Of a stretch of DNA of 64,000 bases, positions 9,423 to 20,120 are shown piece after piece; the first letter of the stretch is position 1; every line of letters begins with the position of its first letter. The notes under the pieces were generated by a model, which was not told where the DNA came from, made no database searches, and saw only the letters and a program-made list of their open reading frames with translations. The stretch is taken from assembly GCA_944326085.1 (NCBI GenBank), contig CALVCL010000002.1, forward strand, positions 139,867 through 203,866, written 5' to 3'. The translations under genes were made by a program, and so were the position numbers. The stretch comes from an uncultured Tidjanibacter sp. (GTDB lineage Bacteria; Bacteroidota; Bacteroidia; Bacteroidales; Rikenellaceae).

Positions 9423-10310
9423 CTATTGTTCCTTACGATATGCGGCAGGCGACAAACCAGCATGTTTTCTAAAGAACTTGCCGAACGATGACTGATCGCT
9501 GAAATTCAGTCTGTCGGCAATCTGTTGTAGTGTATATTCCGGATTGCGCAACATGATATACGCATGCGACATCAACTCGTTCACTATAACCTTTCCTGCC
9601 GGCTGTCCTATAACACGGTTGGTGATACGTGATAGGTAATGTGATGATATGTTGAGTCTGTCGGCATAAAATGAGACATCGTGCTCCTTTTCTACATACT
9701 GCATCAACAGGTCGAAGAAATCATTGCATATCACCGATGCTCGAGATGCCTGACGCCCCGTAACCGATTTGCCTGCCGCATCAAACATCATCTTCGACAC
9801 CTGCATGTGATAAAGCATGGCTGCATACTTGAATATGCTCCGTTCCAAACCGCTGCTCCCCAGATACGAACTGCGGCGCATGATGTTGAACTGTTCCTCA
9901 AGAATACCGGTTCCATCCTTCCCGAGAGACATAACATGCAAACGGCGCAACGCAAGAATATCTATGAACGGCACTGGTTTCTCACCCTTTTCAGTACTGT
10001 TCATGAACTTCTTGGAATATGCCACTACATGTCCTCTGAAATCTGGACTTACCGACATGTCGTAAACCGTATTGACAGGCTTGATGCACACTATATTGTT
10101 CTTTTCTGGCCGGCATTCATAACGTATGTTGTCCACCACTATTTCCATGCTCCCTTTGCACACAACCATATAGATAATGGCATGCGACAGAGCCGGAAAC
10201 CTGCGATACTGCTTGATGTCGAAATCGTCTGGACCGAACTCGGCAAAAACGACTCCCTGCACCATGCAGCGGTTTGTTATAATTGATGCCAGAATATCTA
10301 TGCTGTCCAT
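9423..10310 (-). CDS. AraC-family transcriptional regulator downstream of the RND operon
   Basis: C-terminal double HTH (YADRLNISSHYLS; IADRLNFSDQSSFGKFFRKHAGLSPAAYR); start uncertain (10310 chosen). Confidence 0.88.
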   Translation of the reverse strand: MDSIDILASIITNRCMVQGVVFAEFGPDDFDIKQYRRFPALSHAIIYMVVCKGSMEIVVDNIRYECRPEKNNIVCIKPVNTVYDMSVSPDFRGHVVAYSKKFMNSTEKGEKPVPFIDILALRRLHVMSLGKDGTGILEEQFNIMRRSSYLGSSGLERSIFKYAAMLYHMQVSKMMFDAAGKSVTGRQASRASVICNDFFDLLMQYVEKEHDVSFYADRLNISSHYLSRITNRVIGQPAGKVIVNELMSHAYIMLRNPEYTLQQIADRLNFSDQSSFGKFFRKHAGLSPAAYRKEQ

Positions 10311-10437
10311 ACGGATGTTCCATTGATAAATGTTGCGAAAATAATAAATGCGGGGCAGACATGCAATGCGACCATTGCATCTGTCCCGCACGTTGACTTT
10401 CAAAGACCCCTTACAGTACAGTGTCTATACAGGCATT

Positions 10438-11826
10438 CTACTCTTCAATTGTCATCTCGGCATCGGTCCCTGCTTCAGCTTCGCTGCCTCCGCCAAGGGC
10501 CTGATAGAGCGTAATCACGCCAGATATCTCCGACAGTCTGTTGGTCACTGCGCCAATCTGTGCATTGAGCAAGGTCTGCTGGGCAGTCAACACTTCGAGA
10601 TATGTGGTGGACCCGTATGTCATCAACAACTGAGTACTGCGCACCGCCTCCTCAAGACGTTCAACCTGACTGGCATAGTTATCGGCCTTCTCACGGGCAC
10701 TGTGCACTGCCACAAATGCATCATTGACCTCTATGCCGGCATCGATTACGGCCTGACGGAATGCCAATGCCGCTGCAGCCTCCTGCGATTTTGCAATATC
10801 GAAATTTGCCTTGAGTGTTCCTCTCTGAAAAATAGGCTGCACCAAAGAACCTACAGCACTGTAAATCATGTTTGTGAGGTTATATGCAGCTCCACCGCTG
10901 ATTGTAATTCTGGGATAAAATGCCGAACGCGCGGCATTGGTAGCATAAAATGCCTCTGCCAACGCCTGTTCTGCCTGCCTTACATCGGGTCTCTTCGAGA
11001 GTACCTTCAACGGCACACCTGTGCTTATAACCTCCGGGCCTGTCCAATCGGCCAGCGTGCCACGTTCTACATGGCTCGAAGGCCATCCAAGCAGGCTGCA
11101 CAACTGGTTTTCGGTCTGACGTATCTGCTGACGTATATCGATAAGGCCGTTACATACATTGTAGTAATTCGCCTCGGTCTGTGCAAGCGATGCGGCATTT
11201 GCACGTCCGGCCTCCATAAGGCTACGAGTTACCTCAACATTCTCACGCCAGCTACGTTCCGTCTCCTGATATATTTCATATTGCGCATCGAGTGCCAGCA
11301 GGGAATAGTACGTCGATGCAACTGCTGCTATGAGCTGTGAACGGACAGCCTGCTCATAAGCTTCCGATTGGAGCAGAGCTGCCTTTTTCCCTCGTTTGGC
11401 ATTCAGTATGTTGCCGAATATATCAATCTCCCAACTTGCATTCACAGGAAGGCTAACATCCCATGCACGCGACACACTGCTGTACGATGCATTCGGAGAG
11501 AAGTCAAATGCCGGAACATAGGACAGTCTTGCGGAACGAAGCGATGCCTGCGCCTGCTCCACCAACAATAATGCAGACTGCATATCGACATTGTTGGTAA
11601 GGGCAGTATCTATGAGTGCACACAGGCATTCGTCCTTGAAGAACTCGCGCCAGCCGGTATCTCCCATCGACACCGTATCCTGCGTAAGGGCATCGCCATA
11701 CGCCTCCTCTATTACATCATGCTGCGGAGTCTGGAATTTGCCGTATATTCCGCAACCACACATTGCAAAGAGCAGAAACCCGGATACGGCTCCAAGTTTG
11801 ACACCTGTTATTATTTTACTGTTCAT
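10438..11826 (-). CDS. Efflux outer-membrane factor (TolC/NodT-type lipoprotein)
   Basis: Lipobox Cys (AMCGC), WEIDIFG, RPDVRQAE, TYLEVLTAQ, LYQALGGG. Confidence 0.92.
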   Translation of the reverse strand: MNSKIITGVKLGAVSGFLLFAMCGCGIYGKFQTPQHDVIEEAYGDALTQDTVSMGDTGWREFFKDECLCALIDTALTNNVDMQSALLLVEQAQASLRSARLSYVPAFDFSPNASYSSVSRAWDVSLPVNASWEIDIFGNILNAKRGKKAALLQSEAYEQAVRSQLIAAVASTYYSLLALDAQYEIYQETERSWRENVEVTRSLMEAGRANAASLAQTEANYYNVCNGLIDIRQQIRQTENQLCSLLGWPSSHVERGTLADWTGPEVISTGVPLKVLSKRPDVRQAEQALAEAFYATNAARSAFYPRITISGGAAYNLTNMIYSAVGSLVQPIFQRGTLKANFDIAKSQEAAAALAFRQAVIDAGIEVNDAFVAVHSAREKADNYASQVERLEEAVRSTQLLMTYGSTTYLEVLTAQQTLLNAQIGAVTNRLSEISGVITLYQALGGGSEAEAGTDAEMTIEE

Positions 11827-14800
11827 CGTTCTCACCCTTCTTTTTTAAATTAATGGTAAATCCGTACTTCTCCTGCAACCTCTGCATGATGATGAACAAT
11901 GGCGGCACGCATACCAGCAATGCTATTGTACCTACAACCATACCGCCCACAACACCGGCGCCAAGAGCCCTGTTACCATTGGCGCCTGCACCACTTGCAT
12001 ACAACAACGGAAGCATACCGAATATCATTGTAAGTACTGTCATAAGTATAGGACGAAGACGTACCTTGGCGGCATCGAACGCAGCCTCCTCAATACTCAT
12101 GCCTGCCTCACGACGCTGTGAAGCGTATTCGGTAACAAGAATGGCCGTCTTGGCGAGCAGACCAATAATCATCACCATACCTGTCTGCAGATAGATATTG
12201 TTTTCCACACCGAACATCTTTGCTGCAAGGAAACATCCCAATATACCGAACGGCACGGAAAGGATGACAGCGAACGGCACGAAGAAGCTTTCGTACAACG
12301 AACACAGAAGCAGGTATATAAAGATAACACATATTACAAGTATAAACACCGTGTTGTTCGATTGACTCTCCTCCCTGGACGAACTACCAAACTCGTAACT
12401 GTATCCTTCCGGAAGAGTATGTTCAGCTACTTCGCGTATGGCATTGATAACGTCACCCGAACTGTAGCCATCGGCTATGGTAACATTGGCATCGATTGAA
12501 TTGAAAAGGTTGAAACGGCTTAGGCTTTCAGGGCCCGTAGTTTTGGTCACTGTCACATACTGACTTACAGGAGCCATCTCATCACCATTACGGAAATATA
12601 TGTTGTTCAATGCGTTCTCGTCAAGACGGTATTCAGGGGCAGCCTGAACTATAACCTTGTATACCTTCGAAAAACGCACTATGTTGGATGCATATACACT
12701 GCCGAAATAGCCTGATATTACATCCAGTATTTCGGCAGGCGACACACCGGCACGCTTACATTTGGCGGCATCAACATCAAGCACATACTGTACATAATCA
12801 ACCTTAAACGCAGTAAATGCCGACATAACTTCAGGTCTCTGATTCAATTCTGCGAAAAAGTTCTGCGAAATATTGTAGAAATCCTTTATATCTCCACCTT
12901 TACGGTCCTGCAAAGACAACTGTACGGCATTACCTGTACCGTAACCGTCAATCATACTCGGCGCCATTACGAACACCTGCGCATCCGTAATGTTTTTCAT
13001 ATCTTCATTGAGACGCGTCATTATTGCCGTTGACGAATGTTCTGCCCCTTCACGTTCGCTCCAGTCCTTGAGCTGTATGATAAACATACCGCTCGACGAA
13101 CCGGCGCCACCGGTCATACTGAAACCTACAACACGCGAAAATGCCTTCACCTCCGGATATTCCATAATAACGTCCTGCACCTTATCCATGATGCTGTTCG
13201 TAAAGCGCGTATTACTACCGGCTGCCGTATTTACCGACATAAAAAGCGTACCAACGTCCTCGCTAGGCACAAGACCTGTCTTTGTGCTGCGTATGAGGAA
13301 TACAATGCCTATCATTGCCACGACCAATGCGGCTGCCACAATCCATTTACGCTTGAACATGAACTTGAGGCCCGACTGATATTTGTTGAGCAGGGCATGG
13401 TATGAAGTGTTGTACACTTTCTTCACTATCGCTGTAAACTTGCCGTCCGGAGTTTGCTTACGCAGGAACAGTGCACACAATGCAGGACTGAGGGTCAATG
13501 CATTAAGCATGGAAATAGCCACAGCCACAGCCATGGTAAGACCGAACTGCTTGTAGAAGATACCGCTCGTACCGCTCACGAACGAAATCGGGATAAACAC
13601 GGCCATGAACACGATAGTCGAGGTAACGACGGCAGCAGTCACCTCATGCATTGCCTTACCGGTAGCCACATACGAATCTGTTTCGCCTTCCTCCATTTTC
13701 GTCTGTACGGCTTCCACGACGACAATTGCGTCATCCACCACAGTACCGATTACGAGAACAAGTGCAAACAGTGTCAAAAGGTTAAGACTGAAACCTAACA
13801 GATATATCACCGCAAATGCACCGACAAGCGAAACAAGAAGCGATATGGTAGGTATCAATGTCAATTTATAGTCATGCAGGAAGAAGAAAACCACAAGAAC
13901 CACAAGTATTATAGCCTCGATAAGGGTCTTCACCACCTCGCCGATAGAGGCAAAAAGGAAGTCGTTGGTATTCTGCAAATACTGATAATCTAGACCTGCA
14001 GGGAACGACTTTGACAGCTCTTCCATCAACTTCTCGATTTCAATGTTGATTTCCGTAGCATTCGACCCAGCCACCTGGTTAATCATCATCATCACACCTG
14101 GGTGACCGTTCAAACCGCCGATATACGCATAACTTTCCTTGCCAAGTTCTATCTCTGCAACATCCTTCAGACGCAATACCTGACCGTCAGATGTCGAGCG
14201 GATTACCATTTCGCCAAACTCTTCCGGAGTCTCATAACGGCCCCTGTAACGCAGTGTATACGTAAACACGTTGTCGGAATTTTCACCAAACGAACCGGTC
14301 GACACCTCTATGTTCTGTTCGTTGAGTACAGCAGTAATATCCGACGGGATCAAACCGTAGTGTGCCATGCTCTGCGGGTCGAGCCAGATACGCATACTGT
14401 ATGCACCGCCAAGACAGTTGACATCGCCCACACCAGGAACACGCTGTATCTGCGGCACAACGTTGATGTTAAGATAGTTGGTGATAAACGTTTCGTCGAA
14501 CGAATCGTCGGGACTGTAAACGCCTATCACGGCAAGTGTACTGACCTGCCTTTTAATAACCGTCACACCTATCTGGGTAACTTCGCTCGGCAACTGACCC
14601 TGCGCACGCGAGACCCTGTTTTGCACGTTCACGGCAGCCTGGTCAGGGTCGGTGCCCTGTTTGAAATAGACACTGATTGAGGCTGAACCAGATGCAGCTG
14701 TAGACTCCATGTATGTCATGTTTTCCACACCGTTGATAGCCTCTTCCAGCGGCACAAGTACAGCCTTCTGCACCGTTTCCGCACTTGCCCCCATATATGT

Positions 14801-14953
14801 GGCCGAGACACGCACCGTAGGAGGCGCAATATCAGGGAACTTCTCAACAGACAGCGAATTTAACGACAACAGTCCTACGAACACTATGGCTATCGATATA
14901 CAGATAGCCAGCACGGGACGCTTTATAAATATATTATCTTTTCTCATCGCCAC
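11816..14953 (-). CDS. RND efflux inner-membrane transporter (HAE1/AcrB-like)
   Basis: 1045 aa; FIKRPV, KFPDIAPP, VVDDAIVVVE proton-relay motif, RLRPILMT. Confidence 0.95.
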   Translation of the reverse strand: MAMRKDNIFIKRPVLAICISIAIVFVGLLSLNSLSVEKFPDIAPPTVRVSATYMGASAETVQKAVLVPLEEAINGVENMTYMESTAASGSASISVYFKQGTDPDQAAVNVQNRVSRAQGQLPSEVTQIGVTVIKRQVSTLAVIGVYSPDDSFDETFITNYLNINVVPQIQRVPGVGDVNCLGGAYSMRIWLDPQSMAHYGLIPSDITAVLNEQNIEVSTGSFGENSDNVFTYTLRYRGRYETPEEFGEMVIRSTSDGQVLRLKDVAEIELGKESYAYIGGLNGHPGVMMMINQVAGSNATEINIEIEKLMEELSKSFPAGLDYQYLQNTNDFLFASIGEVVKTLIEAIILVVLVVFFFLHDYKLTLIPTISLLVSLVGAFAVIYLLGFSLNLLTLFALVLVIGTVVDDAIVVVEAVQTKMEEGETDSYVATGKAMHEVTAAVVTSTIVFMAVFIPISFVSGTSGIFYKQFGLTMAVAVAISMLNALTLSPALCALFLRKQTPDGKFTAIVKKVYNTSYHALLNKYQSGLKFMFKRKWIVAAALVVAMIGIVFLIRSTKTGLVPSEDVGTLFMSVNTAAGSNTRFTNSIMDKVQDVIMEYPEVKAFSRVVGFSMTGGAGSSSGMFIIQLKDWSEREGAEHSSTAIMTRLNEDMKNITDAQVFVMAPSMIDGYGTGNAVQLSLQDRKGGDIKDFYNISQNFFAELNQRPEVMSAFTAFKVDYVQYVLDVDAAKCKRAGVSPAEILDVISGYFGSVYASNIVRFSKVYKVIVQAAPEYRLDENALNNIYFRNGDEMAPVSQYVTVTKTTGPESLSRFNLFNSIDANVTIADGYSSGDVINAIREVAEHTLPEGYSYEFGSSSREESQSNNTVFILVICVIFIYLLLCSLYESFFVPFAVILSVPFGILGCFLAAKMFGVENNIYLQTGMVMIIGLLAKTAILVTEYASQRREAGMSIEEAAFDAAKVRLRPILMTVLTMIFGMLPLLYASGAGANGNRALGAGVVGGMVVGTIALLVCVPPLFIIMQRLQEKYGFTINLKKKGENDEQ

Positions 14954-14958
14954 TTACT

Positions 14959-16080
14959 CTATTTTGAGTTTTCGTCAGAAATCTCCGGCTTCACACGCAT
15001 GCCGTTCCTGAGCAGACCTGCACCGGCAGATATGATTTCGTCACCCGGTTCGAGACCTTCAAGCACAATGTATTCCCTGCCGTCGTTCTTGGGGGCAACA
15101 ACGATTTCGGTAGACTTGGTGACACCGTCAACAACTTTGTAAACGAATGTCTTGTCCTGCAGCTCGAATGTAGCTTCCTGCGGGATAAGGATTATATTCG
15201 TATAATCGTCAGGGAGCAGCACGCTGCCATTGGCACCGCTATGCAGCAGACGGTCGGGGTTGGGGAATTCGGCACGCAGCGAAACGGTACCGGTACTTTC
15301 GTTAATTACACCGCTTATGCTGGCAACCCTGCCGGTATGTTCATATATCGAACCGTCGCTGAGACGCAGTTCAAGGTCGGGCATTTCCTTCATGGCCTTG
15401 TCTATCGTGCCGTACTCACGCGCAAGACTCAACAGTTGGTTCTCATTTATAGAGAAATAAACATACATCTGCGAGTTGTCAGACACAGTGGTAAGCGGCG
15501 ACGACATCGATGCGCTCACCAGCGTACCCTCACGGTAAGGCAACGTACCTACAACACCATCCGAAGGGCTTTTCACCTCGGTGTATGAAAGATTATTGGC
15601 TGCCTCAATCTTCTGTGCCTCGGCCTGTGCAAGGGTGGCCTTTGCCGTATTCAACGCATTGAGCGACGACTGAAGTTCATACTGCGATACGACTCCGTTG
15701 TCGTACAGTTCCTGTATGCTGTCATAATCAAGCTGTGCGGAGGCAACCCCTACCTTAGCAGCCTCGTAATTGGCTTCTGCCGAACGCAATGCCGCAGCAT
15801 AAGGCACCTGATCAATAATGAACAGTACCTGCCCTTTCTTGACAACATCGCCTTCATTTACTTTCAGGTCGGTAATTTTGCCCGACACTTCCGCATAAAT
15901 ATTGATATCCTGGCGGCCCTTAATTGTTGCAGAATAAGCAGTCTGCAAATGTTTTTCTCCGGTCTGAACCACAATTGTCGGATATTGTCCCTCCTTAACC
16001 TCAGGAGTTTTCTCACCACAAGCCGACAACAGTGCAGTTGCAGCAAGTACCAACGAATAATAACTGATTTTAAACGTCAT
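14959..16080 (-). CDS. RND periplasmic adaptor (MFP) lipoprotein
   Basis: Lipobox LLSAC; biotinyl-lipoyl-like GDVVKKGQVLF; coiled coil; TGTVSLRAEFPNP. Confidence 0.93.
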   Translation of the reverse strand: MTFKISYYSLVLAATALLSACGEKTPEVKEGQYPTIVVQTGEKHLQTAYSATIKGRQDINIYAEVSGKITDLKVNEGDVVKKGQVLFIIDQVPYAAALRSAEANYEAAKVGVASAQLDYDSIQELYDNGVVSQYELQSSLNALNTAKATLAQAEAQKIEAANNLSYTEVKSPSDGVVGTLPYREGTLVSASMSSPLTTVSDNSQMYVYFSINENQLLSLAREYGTIDKAMKEMPDLELRLSDGSIYEHTGRVASISGVINESTGTVSLRAEFPNPDRLLHSGANGSVLLPDDYTNIILIPQEATFELQDKTFVYKVVDGVTKSTEIVVAPKNDGREYIVLEGLEPGDEIISAGAGLLRNGMRVKPEISDENSK

Positions 16081-16475
16081 AAAGCCTATCTATTGTTTTA
16101 ATATTTGTCCGGTGCAAAGTAAACGACCAACATATACATATGAATATAACTGCATGCGCACAATTTTGGTTCAAAACGTACCTATACGTACATATTCCAC
16201 ACGAAACGGCCCATAAACTGCAATCCCGTGCAATGGTCTATGTGCAGCTAAACATGCCACAGCCCCTACTTACAGTCCCATTTACTATTAATATATAAAT
16301 AGGTATGAAAAGGCCCAGCAAAGGTATTGATTTATTCCTACACACAAAACCATACGACACGAAAATTTGCCACAGAACCGTTCTGACACTATTTCACAGC
16401 GCCGCAATACCGCTGCGCGCTGTCAGCATAAACGAAAAATTCATCGCTTTATGCATGAGTACCGAAAAGAAAAGT

Positions 16476-16483
16476 TACCTTTG
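16476..16483 (+). promoter_or_regulatory. -7 element upstream of the mce-mmd operon
   Basis: TACCTTTG about 70 nt before the mce ATG. Confidence 0.55.
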
Positions 16484-16553
16484 TAACGGTGTGCATACCC
16501 GACCGGATATACATACGACAACCTGATTTCTTCAAACTCAAAATATTACGGAG

Positions 16554-16967
16554 ATGAATATTTCTCATATCGAACATCTCGGTATCGCCGTACGCAGTCT
16601 CGACGATGCGATACCTTTCTGGGAAAACATTCTGGGTTTCAAGTGCTACAACATCGAAGAGGTAGCCGACCAGAAGGTAAAAACAGCTTTTTTTAAGGTA
16701 GGTCAGACAAAGATAGAACTTCTCGAACCGACCAGCCCTGAAAGCACCATAGCCAAGTTCATCGAGAACAGAGGCGAAGGCGTACACCACGTAGCCTACG
16801 CCGTAGAAAACATTGAGGAAGCGCTTGCCGAAGCAGAAAGCAAAGGCGTACGCCTCATTGACAAAACACCACGCAAAGGTGCCGAAGGACTCACAATCGC
16901 CTTCCTGCATCCTAAGTCGACAGGCGGTGTACTCACCGAACTGTGCGAGGACAAGAACAAGAAATAG
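16554..16967 (+). CDS. mce: Methylmalonyl-CoA epimerase
   Basis: VOC fold: [40 protein letters not shown]. Confidence 0.95.
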   Translation: MNISHIEHLGIAVRSLDDAIPFWENILGFKCYNIEEVADQKVKTAFFKVGQTKIELLEPTSPESTIAKFIENRGEGVHHVAYAVENIEEALAEAESKGVRLIDKTPRKGAEGLTIAFLHPKSTGGVLTELCEDKNKK

Positions 16968-17086
16968 CATAATACCGGCATCACGGCGGTGTTATGCAAT
17001 GCACCATCATGATGCCGGCACATCATGTGCAGCAATTGCAACAGACACATAAGATAATCAAATCAAAAAACATAGAGAATTAACTT

Positions 17087-18649
17087 ATGAGCGAAAATCA
17101 AAACAAGGTAGCGGAACTGATAAAGTTACGTGAGGAAGCAAGGCTCGGAGGCGGACAGAAAAGGATTGACGCACAACATGCCAAAGGCAAATACACGGCA
17201 CGCGAACGTATCCAGATGCTTCTCGACGAAGGCAGTTTCGAGGAATTCGACATGTTCGTAACACATCGCTGCTACGATTTCGGCATGGAAAAAAGCCACA
17301 CTTACGGTGACGGTGTAGTTACCGGTTACGGTACGATAGACGGACGTCTGGTTTATGTATTCGCACAGGACTTTACCGTTTCGGGCGGTTCGCTTTCCAA
17401 AACAATGTCGGAAAAGATATGCAAGGTGATGGATATGGCCATGAAGGCAGGTGCACCGTGCATAGGTCTCAACGACTCGGGGGGCGCACGTATTCAGGAA
17501 GGCGTAAACGCACTGGCAGGCTATGCCGAGATTTTCCAGCGCAATGTAATGGCATCGGGTGTAATCCCGCAGATATCCGTAATCCTTGGCCCGTGCGCAG
17601 GCGGCGCAGTTTACTCGCCCGCATTGACCGACTTCACCATCATGAAGCGTGATACGAGCTACATGTTCCTCACCGGTCCTGCCGTTGTGAAGACCGTAAC
17701 CGGCGAGAACGTAACTCAGGAACAGCTCGGCGGCGCTTCGGTACACACCACCAAATCGGGTGTTGCCGACTTCGCAACCGACACCGAGGAGGAGACAATG
17801 GAACTCATCCGCAAGCTCATCTCCTACATACCGCAGAACAACATGGAGGATGCCCCGCTCGCCGTATGCACTGACTCCATCAGCCGTCTGGAAGACTCTC
17901 TCAACGAAATCATTCCAGACAGTCCGAACAAGCCGTACGATATGTATGAGGTGATACGTGCCATTGTGGATAACGGCGACTTTCTCGAAGTACACCAGTC
18001 GTTCGCAAAGAACGTCATCACATGCTTCGCACGTTTCAACGGCCAGAGCGTAGGTATCATAGCCAACCAGCCAAAATACATGGCAGGTGTACTCGACATC
18101 AACGCATCACGCAAGGCTGCACGTTTCGTACGTTTCTGCGATGCCTTCAACATCCCGCTCGTTACACTCGTGGACGTTCCAGGCTTCCTTCCCGGTACAG
18201 GCCAGGAATACGGAGGCGTTATCACCCACGGTGCAAAACTGCTCTTTGCATACTGCGAGGCTACCGTACCTAAAGTTACCGTTACCCTGCGCAAATCCTA
18301 CGGTGGCGCGTACATTGTGATGTCCTCCAAGCATATTCGCGGCGACATCAACTATGCATGGCCTACCGCAGAAATCGCCGTTATGGGTGCCAGCGGTGCA
18401 GTAGAGGTTCTCTTCGCCCGTGAAATCGCCAAGATAGAAGACCCTGCAGAAAAGGCCGCATTCATCGCAGCCAAGGAAGCCGAATACAAAGAGAAATTCT
18501 CCAACCCCTACAACGCGGCCAAGTATGGATACATCGATGATGTCATTGAACCGCGCAACACACGTTTCCGCATAATCAGGGCACTCCAGTCGCTTGCTAC
18601 AAAACGACTGACCAATCCAGCCAAGAAACACTCCAACATTCCGTTGTAG
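17087..18649 (+). CDS. mmdA: Methylmalonyl-CoA decarboxylase alpha subunit (carboxyltransferase)
   Basis: [37 protein letters not shown]; operon context. Confidence 0.92.
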   Translation: MSENQNKVAELIKLREEARLGGGQKRIDAQHAKGKYTARERIQMLLDEGSFEEFDMFVTHRCYDFGMEKSHTYGDGVVTGYGTIDGRLVYVFAQDFTVSGGSLSKTMSEKICKVMDMAMKAGAPCIGLNDSGGARIQEGVNALAGYAEIFQRNVMASGVIPQISVILGPCAGGAVYSPALTDFTIMKRDTSYMFLTGPAVVKTVTGENVTQEQLGGASVHTTKSGVADFATDTEEETMELIRKLISYIPQNNMEDAPLAVCTDSISRLEDSLNEIIPDSPNKPYDMYEVIRAIVDNGDFLEVHQSFAKNVITCFARFNGQSVGIIANQPKYMAGVLDINASRKAARFVRFCDAFNIPLVTLVDVPGFLPGTGQEYGGVITHGAKLLFAYCEATVPKVTVTLRKSYGGAYIVMSSKHIRGDINYAWPTAEIAVMGASGAVEVLFAREIAKIEDPAEKAAFIAAKEAEYKEKFSNPYNAAKYGYIDDVIEPRNTRFRIIRALQSLATKRLTNPAKKHSNIPL

Positions 18650-18653
18650 TTGT

Positions 18654-19679
18654 ATGAGGAAACTATTTTTAATACTAATTACGATCTTGTGCGGACTTTC
18701 TGTGTCCGCACAAGGCGTTCTTAACGTAAGGATAAACGAGGTCCTCGTTAGGAACGACAGCGATATAATAGACGATTACGGACAGCGAGAATCATGGATT
18801 GAGATTTTCAATACAGGCTACGAACGCGTAGACATTGGCGGCTGTTACATCGGCATCAGATATGCCGACCGGTTTGACGGCAATGGCAACAAAGTCATAC
18901 AGAAATATTACATTCCTCGCAACAACCCCAATACGAGCATAGAACCGTTGGGATATCGACTCTTTTTCTGCGAAGGTACAGGTTCCAAGGGAACGTTCTA
19001 CACAAACTTCCGACTTGGGGATGAACCGGTCGATATGATTATTCTTTACAGTGCCAACGGCAAAGATATAATCAGCGTATTCCGATTTCCCGACACATAT
19101 ACCCCCGTACCAGACCAAGCATGGGGTATAATCGGCCATGACGAAATAGAATCCAAAGTATTCCCGAAACTTACGAGGGCGGAAAAGCGCGCATTAACCA
19201 GCTACGACGCCTACCTAGACGCAATCGCGACAGGTCTCAAATACCAACCGCGACCTATGGTGCAGTCAACACCGCTCGCCACGAACGAAATAAACGAGGA
19301 GATTTCGCATGACGAACTGTTCCGTCAGCAAGACCCCAGTGGTATTGTAATGACACTCATCGCCATGGGTGTTGTATTTCTTGCTTTAGTGGCCATTTTC
19401 ATCATCTTCAAGGTATTCGGCATGGTAATGATGAAACGCAGCAACCGCAACTCTATAAATAACGGAGGCGAGGCTGTCGTAGGCAAGCAGGCAAAGAACG
19501 GCGGCTACACAGGCGAAGAGGTGGCTGCAATAGCAATGGCACTGAAAATGTATCAGGAAGACCTCCATGTCAGGGAATCGTCCATAATTACAATCAATAA
19601 CGTCAGCAGAAAGTATTCGCCGTGGAACTCGAAGATACACGGAATTACCGAATTGCCCATGCGAAAAAGCCATAATTAA
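18654..19679 (+). CDS. OadG/MmdD-type membrane subunit fused to an N-terminal lamin-tail-like exported domain
   Basis: Signal peptide; INEVLVRN...WIEIFN...VDIGGCY (LTD-like); TM LIAMGVVFLAL; EEVAAIAMAL...SPWNSKI tail. Confidence 0.82.
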   Translation: MRKLFLILITILCGLSVSAQGVLNVRINEVLVRNDSDIIDDYGQRESWIEIFNTGYERVDIGGCYIGIRYADRFDGNGNKVIQKYYIPRNNPNTSIEPLGYRLFFCEGTGSKGTFYTNFRLGDEPVDMIILYSANGKDIISVFRFPDTYTPVPDQAWGIIGHDEIESKVFPKLTRAEKRALTSYDAYLDAIATGLKYQPRPMVQSTPLATNEINEEISHDELFRQQDPSGIVMTLIAMGVVFLALVAIFIIFKVFGMVMMKRSNRNSINNGGEAVVGKQAKNGGYTGEEVAAIAMALKMYQEDLHVRESSIITINNVSRKYSPWNSKIHGITELPMRKSHN

Positions 19680-19681
19680 CC

Positions 19682-20116
19682 ATGAAAGAATACAGCTTCA
19701 AAATAAACGGCAACACCTACAAAGTGGATGTCCAGAAAGTAGAGGGCAACATGGCTACCGTATCGGTCAATGGCACCAGCTACAATGTCGAAATAGAACA
19801 CGACATCACAGGACCGAAACCAGTAAAGCCCGTACACATATCACCTGCCACCTATCAAGCGACCCCACAGCCAGCACCTGTAAAGATTACCGCAACTGGC
19901 AACGACACGGCTCTCAAAAGCCCGCTTCCGGGGACAGTACTGGAAATCAAGGCAAAAGAGGGTGACACCGTAACAGAAGGCCAAACACTGATGATACTCG
20001 AAGCCATGAAGATGGAAAACAACATCGACGCAAACCGCAGCGGCGTGATAACACGCATCATAAAGAAGCAGGGCGACTCGGTGATGGAAGGAGATGTACT
20101 TTTAACTATCGGATAG
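19682..20116 (+). CDS. mmdC: Biotin carboxyl carrier subunit of the decarboxylase
   Basis: EAMKMEN biotinylation motif, Pro/Ala-rich linker. Confidence 0.92.
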   Translation: MKEYSFKINGNTYKVDVQKVEGNMATVSVNGTSYNVEIEHDITGPKPVKPVHISPATYQATPQPAPVKITATGNDTALKSPLPGTVLEIKAKEGDTVTEGQTLMILEAMKMENNIDANRSGVITRIIKKQGDSVMEGDVLLTIG

Positions 20117-20120
20117 TCTT

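Noticed and set aside
16081-16553. Long divergent intergenic region as an sRNA or small-ORF host (ORF 16305-16526)
   Set aside because: AT-rich promoter-like DNA with no stable fold or coding signal that I can support
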